From Candidatus Caldarchaeales archaeon (GTDB lineage: Archaea > Thermoproteota > Nitrososphaeria_A > Caldarchaeales > Calditenuaceae), in contig JBCNVM010000004.1 in NCBI GenBank assembly GCA_039630085.1, positions 1 through 64,000 of the forward strand: a stretch of 64,000 bases of DNA, read 5' to 3'. The notes beneath the pieces were generated by a model. It searched no databases, had not been told where the DNA came from, and was given only the letters and a program-made list of their open reading frames with translations. Position 1 is the stretch's first letter. Every line of letters starts with the position of its first letter. Shown here one piece after another: positions 58,870 through 64,000 of the stretch. A program made the translations under genes and the position numbers.

Positions 58870-59706
58870 TTGGAAGCGTTCGTTCCCTACTCGAGGTGTG
58901 GGAAGCTACTGCAGGCGGTCGAGGAGGCAGGGCTCGATGTCGAGGAGGCCGCAGAGGTTCTCCTCGAGTACGGCAGGCTGAAGGCCGAGCTAGGGGGAGA
59001 ATCACGGTGCTCGCTGAGCGCGCTGGTGGAAGAAAAGGTGGTACGGGCCTTAGGAAGGGAGCGCGAGGATGCCGAGAGGCTCAGGGAGGTCGGGGAGCAG
59101 TTCAACGCGCTCGTCCTCCTCTTCTCCAACTCCGGGAAGGTCAGCCCCGAGTCGCTCAGGAAGTTGGGATCGCTGCTGGCGAAGCTGGGCTCGTCGATGG
59201 AGTCGGGAGCCGTTCTTGTCGACGACCGCACCCTCGAGAGGGTGAGGACGCTGCTCGCGGAGCTGATCGCTCAATCCGTGAGGGAGAAGTTCGTTCCGAT
59301 CTGGATGTTCTCGATGCTCGAGAGGAGCCTCAGGGAGGCGAGGGAGCTGCTCAGGGAGGTTGAGCTCGAGAACGAGAGGCTCAGGAGGGCGGTGAGGGAG
59401 GGCGGGCTGAGCGTCCCGGTCGCAAGGCTCTACTCGGTGAGCGGACTACTGATCGAGGAGACCCCTGTCAAACCCTCGGGCGTGACGGCGTTGATGAGGT
59501 GCGAGCTCTGCAAGGAGGCGGTGCACGTCAACCTGCCCTCGAGGGGGGAGTGCGAGGAGGCCGCGAAGACCGGCTCGGTCTTCAGGTTCCACTGCCCCTG
59601 GTGCGGCGCCCTGAAGGACCTCTCGCCGGAGGCGGTAGCCTTCATGGTCGACGGCGCGCGCCCCTCCGAATGCAGTGAGGCGATGGACCTCCACCCCTCG
59701 AGCTGA
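58870..59706 (+). CDS. Hypothetical coiled-coil protein with C-terminal CxxC...CxxC
   Basis: Long ORF with typical codon usage; CELC and CPWC. Confidence 0.6.
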   Translation: MEAFVPYSRCGKLLQAVEEAGLDVEEAAEVLLEYGRLKAELGGESRCSLSALVEEKVVRALGREREDAERLREVGEQFNALVLLFSNSGKVSPESLRKLGSLLAKLGSSMESGAVLVDDRTLERVRTLLAELIAQSVREKFVPIWMFSMLERSLREARELLREVELENERLRRAVREGGLSVPVARLYSVSGLLIEETPVKPSGVTALMRCELCKEAVHVNLPSRGECEEAAKTGSVFRFHCPWCGALKDLSPEAVAFMVDGARPSECSEAMDLHPSS

Positions 59707-59783
59707 CGCGGAGTCAGTCAACGGAGTAGGCGAAGTCGTTCGCCGCAAGGGCTCATATAGGGACGTTGAGGAGTCGCGACGGA

Positions 59784-61079
59784 TTGAGGATACCCCTCGA
59801 GCCTCCGAAGGGGATGGACGACTTCGGCCCGGAGGAGTTCGCGCTCCACGAGCGGCTGACAAGCGTCGCGAGGTCGGTGATGAGGTTGTACGGCTACAGC
59901 CCGGTCGAGACGCCTCCCGTCGAGTACTTCGAGGTCTTCGCGGCGAAGAGCGGCGAGGAGATCCTGAGCCACATGTACTCCTTCGAGGACCCGCACGGTA
60001 GGAGGTTGGTGCTCAGGCCCGAGATGACCGCCGCCGTCGCGAGGCTCTTCGCGTCGAGGCTGAGCAGGAGGCCCCTCCCGCAGAGGCTCGCCTACATCGC
60101 GGACTGCTACAGGCTCGACGATCCACAGTGGGGCAGGAGGAGGAGGTTCTACCACGCCGGGTTCGAGCTGATCGGGGTCAGGGACCCATACGCCGACGTC
60201 GAGCAGGTCCTCATCTGCAGGGACTTCATGGAGGCGGTGGGCATCCCGGACTTCTCGGTCAAGCTCGGTCACGTCGGGGTCCACAGGGCCGTCCTGAGGG
60301 CCTGCGGGCTCGAGGCCGAAGGCGCCGACGCGGTCCTCTCGCTGATCGACAGGGGAAGGGCCGACGAGGCGATCGCGCTGGTGAGGTCGAGGTCGAACTC
60401 GGCGAACGCGGCCGAAGTCTACGAGGAGCTGATCAGGAGCGAGGTCGAGCACCCAAGTGAGCTGACCGAGGTCCTCGGCGAAGTCGAGGGCGCGAGGCCC
60501 CAGCTCGAGGAGCTGATCGAGGTTTACGGTGCCCTCGGGGAGCTCCTCGGCGAGGGTAGGGTCCGTTTCGTCCCGGGCTTCGCGAGGGGGCTCAGCTATT
60601 ACACCGGGACGATCTTCGAGGTCTACGGGCCCTTAGCGAACGTCGCGCTGGCCGGAGGCGGTAGGTATGACGGTCTCATCGGGCTTTTCGGCGGGAGGGA
60701 CTTCCCTGCGGTGGGGGTCGCGATCGGGATCACTAGGGTCATGCAGTACCTGACCGACAGGGCGGGGATCAGGGCCGCGCCTTCAGGACCCGCGGCGGTG
60801 GTGAGGCCGGTAACGCCGCAGGAGAGGCTCTACGCGGCCAAGGTGGCGGGCCTGCTGAGGAGAGTAGGGATCGAGGCCGAGCTGGCGTTCCCCGGCAGGC
60901 CGGTCGGAGAGGAGCTGGGGCTCGCTTCGGAGCGGGGCGTGAGGTTCGTCGCGCTGGTCGGCCCCCGGGAGAGGGAGAGGGGGACGGTCTCCGTGAAGGA
61001 CCTGAGGACCGGCGAGCAGCTGGAGCTGGAGCTCGAGTCGCTGACGTCGGAGCTGGTGAGCGGTGTTGGCGCTCGTTGA
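59784..61079 (+). CDS. hisS: Histidine-tRNA ligase
   Basis: PKGMDD, LRPEMT, ARGLSYYTG, GGGRYD, C-terminal anticodon domain (VKDLRTGEQ); start 59784 or 59766. Confidence 0.9.
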   Translation: MRIPLEPPKGMDDFGPEEFALHERLTSVARSVMRLYGYSPVETPPVEYFEVFAAKSGEEILSHMYSFEDPHGRRLVLRPEMTAAVARLFASRLSRRPLPQRLAYIADCYRLDDPQWGRRRRFYHAGFELIGVRDPYADVEQVLICRDFMEAVGIPDFSVKLGHVGVHRAVLRACGLEAEGADAVLSLIDRGRADEAIALVRSRSNSANAAEVYEELIRSEVEHPSELTEVLGEVEGARPQLEELIEVYGALGELLGEGRVRFVPGFARGLSYYTGTIFEVYGPLANVALAGGGRYDGLIGLFGGRDFPAVGVAIGITRVMQYLTDRAGIRAAPSGPAAVVRPVTPQERLYAAKVAGLLRRVGIEAELAFPGRPVGEELGLASERGVRFVALVGPRERERGTVSVKDLRTGEQLELELESLTSELVSGVGAR

Positions 61080-61881
61080 CCCGTACCTCATCCTCGAGGC
61101 CGCCGCCGTCCTCGCTTTCCTCGGGGTCCTGATCTGGAGGACGAGGGTCCTCGACCTGAAGGGCACCGTTGCAGCGCTGGCGGTGGGCGCCGCCGTCTAC
61201 CTGACGATGGGCAGGGGAGGGATCGCGGTGCTGCTCACGTTCCTCGCGGTCTCCGCGGTCTTCACGAGGGTCGGTTACGATAGGAAGAGGGCGCTGGGCG
61301 CGGCGGAGCTGAAGGGCGGCGTGAGGGGCTGGAGGAACGTCCTCGGGAACGGGTCCGTCGCTGCCGGAGCTGCAATCCTCTACCACGTCGACCCGGCGAG
61401 GTTTCACGTCTACTCGGTGGCGATGGTCTGCTCGATAGCCGCGGTCTTCGCCGACACGATGGCCACGGAGATCGGCCTCCTCAGCAGGGGCAGGGTCCTC
61501 TCGATAATAGGGTTCAGGGAGGTCAAGCCTGGAGAGCCGGGGGGCGTGACGCTCTACGGATACGGCGGCGCCGCTCTCGCGGGGCTCCTGACTTGGGCCG
61601 TATCCGCGGTCGGCTTCCCCAACCCCCTCGATCCGGCTAAGCTGCTCGGTGCCACGATGCTCTCCGCGATATCGGGGACGACCGTCGACAGCGTCGCGGG
61701 CCAGCTCCTGCAGGGCAGGTACAGGTGCGGCGAGTGCAACGCGATAGTTGAGCATCCCGAGCACTGCGGCCAGTCAACCGTCCACCTCTCCGGGCTGAAG
61801 TTCGTCGACAACCACGTCGTGAACGCGATCTGCGCGCTCACGGGCGCGGCGGTTGGCGTCGCCTACTTCTCGGTCGCTTGA
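61063..61881 (+). CDS. DUF92 family membrane protein
   Basis: RGWRNVLGNG, ADTMATEIG, GGVT, DSVAG, DNHVVN. Confidence 0.88.
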   Translation: MLALVDPYLILEAAAVLAFLGVLIWRTRVLDLKGTVAALAVGAAVYLTMGRGGIAVLLTFLAVSAVFTRVGYDRKRALGAAELKGGVRGWRNVLGNGSVAAGAAILYHVDPARFHVYSVAMVCSIAAVFADTMATEIGLLSRGRVLSIIGFREVKPGEPGGVTLYGYGGAALAGLLTWAVSAVGFPNPLDPAKLLGATMLSAISGTTVDSVAGQLLQGRYRCGECNAIVEHPEHCGQSTVHLSGLKFVDNHVVNAICALTGAAVGVAYFSVA

Positions 61882-61885
61882 GGCC

Positions 61886-62542
61886 TCACCAGTCCGACAG
61901 GCCGCTCCGGATCACGCCCTCTCTGTACTCAACCGGGTCGAACTCATGGACGCTGACGCTGTCGACCTCGATAATCATCACCGAGTGAAGCCTCGCGTTC
62001 CTGAGCTCCTCCATCGAGACCGGCGGCCTCGAGTAGTAGAGGTCGCAGAGGGCCCTCATCTCCTCCAGCTCGTCCTGCGCCCTCTTCGAGGGCGGCTTGA
62101 CGATGGCCCTGTGGATCTCGAGGACGTTGTACCGGGGGGTCGCGAGAGCGAACCGGTCCGCGTAGGCGCTGTACCTCGCCACCTTGCTCACGATCCTCGC
62201 CCTCAGGTACGTGAGCGGATCGAGGGCGTGCTCGGGGGGAGTGAAGCCCGTTTCAATCTCGACGATGAGGGTCCCGTCGCCCTTCCTGCCGTAGACGTCA
62301 CAGACGAGCGGCTCCTCGAGCGGGTGCTCAACGTCGACCTCGTAACCCTTTGATGCCAGATAGGCCGCACAGACCATCTCCATCACCGAGTGGTTGATCT
62401 TGACCACGCCCTTCGAGTTGAGGTCGATCAGCTTCTCCACAGCCCCCGACAGCCGCCCCTTCACGCCGACGCCGTACCTCGACCCTATCGCGTCGAGTAG
62501 TGTCCTGACGTCCTCGGCGAACCTGTTCTCCGCCCCCCTCAT
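61886..62542 (-). CDS. Conserved archaeal hypothetical protein, PD-(D/E)XK-like fold
   Basis: CDVYGRKG...IVEIETG pattern. Confidence 0.55.
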   Translation of the reverse strand: MRGAENRFAEDVRTLLDAIGSRYGVGVKGRLSGAVEKLIDLNSKGVVKINHSVMEMVCAAYLASKGYEVDVEHPLEEPLVCDVYGRKGDGTLIVEIETGFTPPEHALDPLTYLRARIVSKVARYSAYADRFALATPRYNVLEIHRAIVKPPSKRAQDELEEMRALCDLYYSRPPVSMEELRNARLHSVMIIEVDSVSVHEFDPVEYREGVIRSGLSDW

Positions 62543-62659
62543 CGGGTCCTTCCGCGGGCCGCTGTCAGCCCGTCAATTAGTAGTTGCGAGCGGACGCTTC
62601 CCCTCCACGCGACGTCGAGGAGACCCGATTTTTATCTGGGCTCGGAGACGACGGCCGGG

Positions 62660-64000
62660 TTGGCCGCGCCTAGGGCCCTAACGGACGTAAGGGTCTTCGC
62701 GTCGGGGGCAGCCGTGATGATCGTCGAGATCGCGGGAGGGAGGGTAGTGAACGCGGTCTACGGGAGCTCCGCGGTCATCTGGGGAGGGGTGATAGGGGTG
62801 GTGCTCTCGGCGCTCGCGGCTGGCTATTACGTCGGCGGGAGACTCGCGGACCGGTTCGACCCGGGGAAAGTCATGGCCGCGATGATGGCCTCTGCGGGGG
62901 CGTACGTCGCGGCGCTGCCCATCGTGATCGCGGTCGTGGGCTCCTCCCCCGGACTGATCCGACTCGACGAGCGGCTGGGATCGGTCGTGATGGGGTCGGC
63001 TGTGGTGGGCGTGCCCAGCTTCTTCCTAGGCGGGGTCGTCCCCTCCGCCGTGAGGCTTCTCTCCGAGGGCAGGTCCGGGATCGGGTCGGTCTCGGGGAAC
63101 GTCTACGCCCTCTCGACCGCGGGCAGCATCGTCGGCTCCTTCGCCACCACCTTCTTCCTCCTCCAGCACGCGGAGATCAACGCGATCTTCATAGCCACAG
63201 GCTTGACGACGGTCGTCTTGGCGCTGATTGGGGGCGGCGGAGGGAGGGCCGTGAACGCGCTGACCGCAGCCGCGGTCCTTGCTGTCCTCGTGACGTCCCC
63301 GACGCTGCTAACATGCACCGCCGCGTACGCCGGAGAGGTGAGGCTCGTCACCGACTCCGAGTACTCGAGGATAGTCGTGGTCGACAGCGCGGGAATCAGG
63401 CACCTCTTCATCAACGGTCTGCTGCACAGCGGAATGGAGCTCGGCGACCCGACTTCCCTGCCCTTCGAGTACACGAGGCTCTTCGTGCTGGGCCCGCTCC
63501 TCAACCCGAGCTCGAGGACCGCGCTCTTCGTCGGGGGAGGAGGCTTCTCGGGCCCCAAGTTCTTCGCGGAGAGGTACGAAGGGCTCTCCGTCACCGTCGT
63601 CGAAATAGACGGGAAGGTCGTGGAGATCGCGAGGAGTTACTTCCACCTCGACGAGTACGAGCGGGAGATCGAGGTCGTCGTGATGGACGGGAGGAGGTAC
63701 CTCGCCCTGACCGAGGAGCGGTTCGACGTGGTCGTCCTCGACGCCTACTCAAAGAACTACATCCCGTTCCACATGGTCACTAGGGAGTTCTTCGAGGTCC
63801 TGAGCTCGAAGCTGAACGAGGGAGGCGTCGTGGTCTCGAACGTCATCGCCTCGCTCTCGGGTCCCGCGTCGGCGATACTCTGGGCCTACGTGAGGACCGC
63901 GATGGACGTCTTCAGGGGGGAGGTGCTGGTGGTCCCCGTCTCGTCTGGCAACCCGCTCGACGTCCAGAACGTGATCGTGGTCTTCGGGAAGAGGCCGCTA
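62660..64000 (+). CDS. Fused membrane domain / spermidine synthase-like protein (runs off window end; absent from the ORF track)
   Basis: TTG at 62660; VFASGAAVMIVEI, YALSTAGSIVG, then FVGGGG, VVEIDGKV, DGRRYL, FDVVVLDAY. Confidence 0.85.
   Translation, partial: MAAPRALTDVRVFASGAAVMIVEIAGGRVVNAVYGSSAVIWGGVIGVVLSALAAGYYVGGRLADRFDPGKVMAAMMASAGAYVAALPIVIAVVGSSPGLIRLDERLGSVVMGSAVVGVPSFFLGGVVPSAVRLLSEGRSGIGSVSGNVYALSTAGSIVGSFATTFFLLQHAEINAIFIATGLTTVVLALIGGGGGRAVNALTAAAVLAVLVTSPTLLTCTAAYAGEVRLVTDSEYSRIVVVDSAGIRHLFINGLLHSGMELGDPTSLPFEYTRLFVLGPLLNPSSRTALFVGGGGFSGPKFFAERYEGLSVTVVEIDGKVVEIARSYFHLDEYEREIEVVVMDGRRYLALTEERFDVVVLDAYSKNYIPFHMVTREFFEVLSSKLNEGGVVVSNVIASLSGPASAILWAYVRTAMDVFRGEVLVVPVSSGNPLDVQNVIVVFGKRPL

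Noticed and set aside
547-63783. Numerous overlapping Arg/Gly/Pro-rich or Ser/Thr-rich ORFs in the track
   Set aside because: Off-frame and antisense shadows expected in high-GC coding DNA; no motifs

Overview
GC-rich, gene-dense archaeal chromosome segment. PolB1, aRF1, PriS, aIF2-beta, PurP, LysZ, a crenarchaeal-type ArgDC and heavy AGG usage point to a TACK-group thermophile, possibly Aigarchaeota/Caldarchaeales; this placement is inference only. It is mostly housekeeping and biosynthesis: polyamine genes, a split succinate dehydrogenase, fatty-acid oxidation, purine, pyrimidine and folate genes, a complete archaeal-type chorismate cluster (aroK divergent from asd-aroA'-aroB'-aroD-aroE-aroA-aroC-lysZ), translation genes, glnA and the SRP RNA gene. 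No CRISPR array, tRNA, rRNA or mobile element is supported. The main discovery is an unannotated 21-codon leader ORF (21374-21439, MVLSSVNAFWFTTYPYFYFGN, 8 Phe/Tyr/Trp codons within an 11-codon stretch) in the 5' leader of the aromatic amino acid operon. It is embedded in mutually exclusive RNA pairings that can hide or free the asd ribosome-binding site, making it a candidate ribosome-mediated translational attenuator in an archaeon. Other leads: a structured uORF-containing leader on the release factor gene, a solo SegB-like gene next to an AT-rich region of nested inverted repeats, an SRP Alu domain with a hairpin replacing the UGU motif, and a frameshifted citG. All family calls come from motif recognition by eye; no searches were run.
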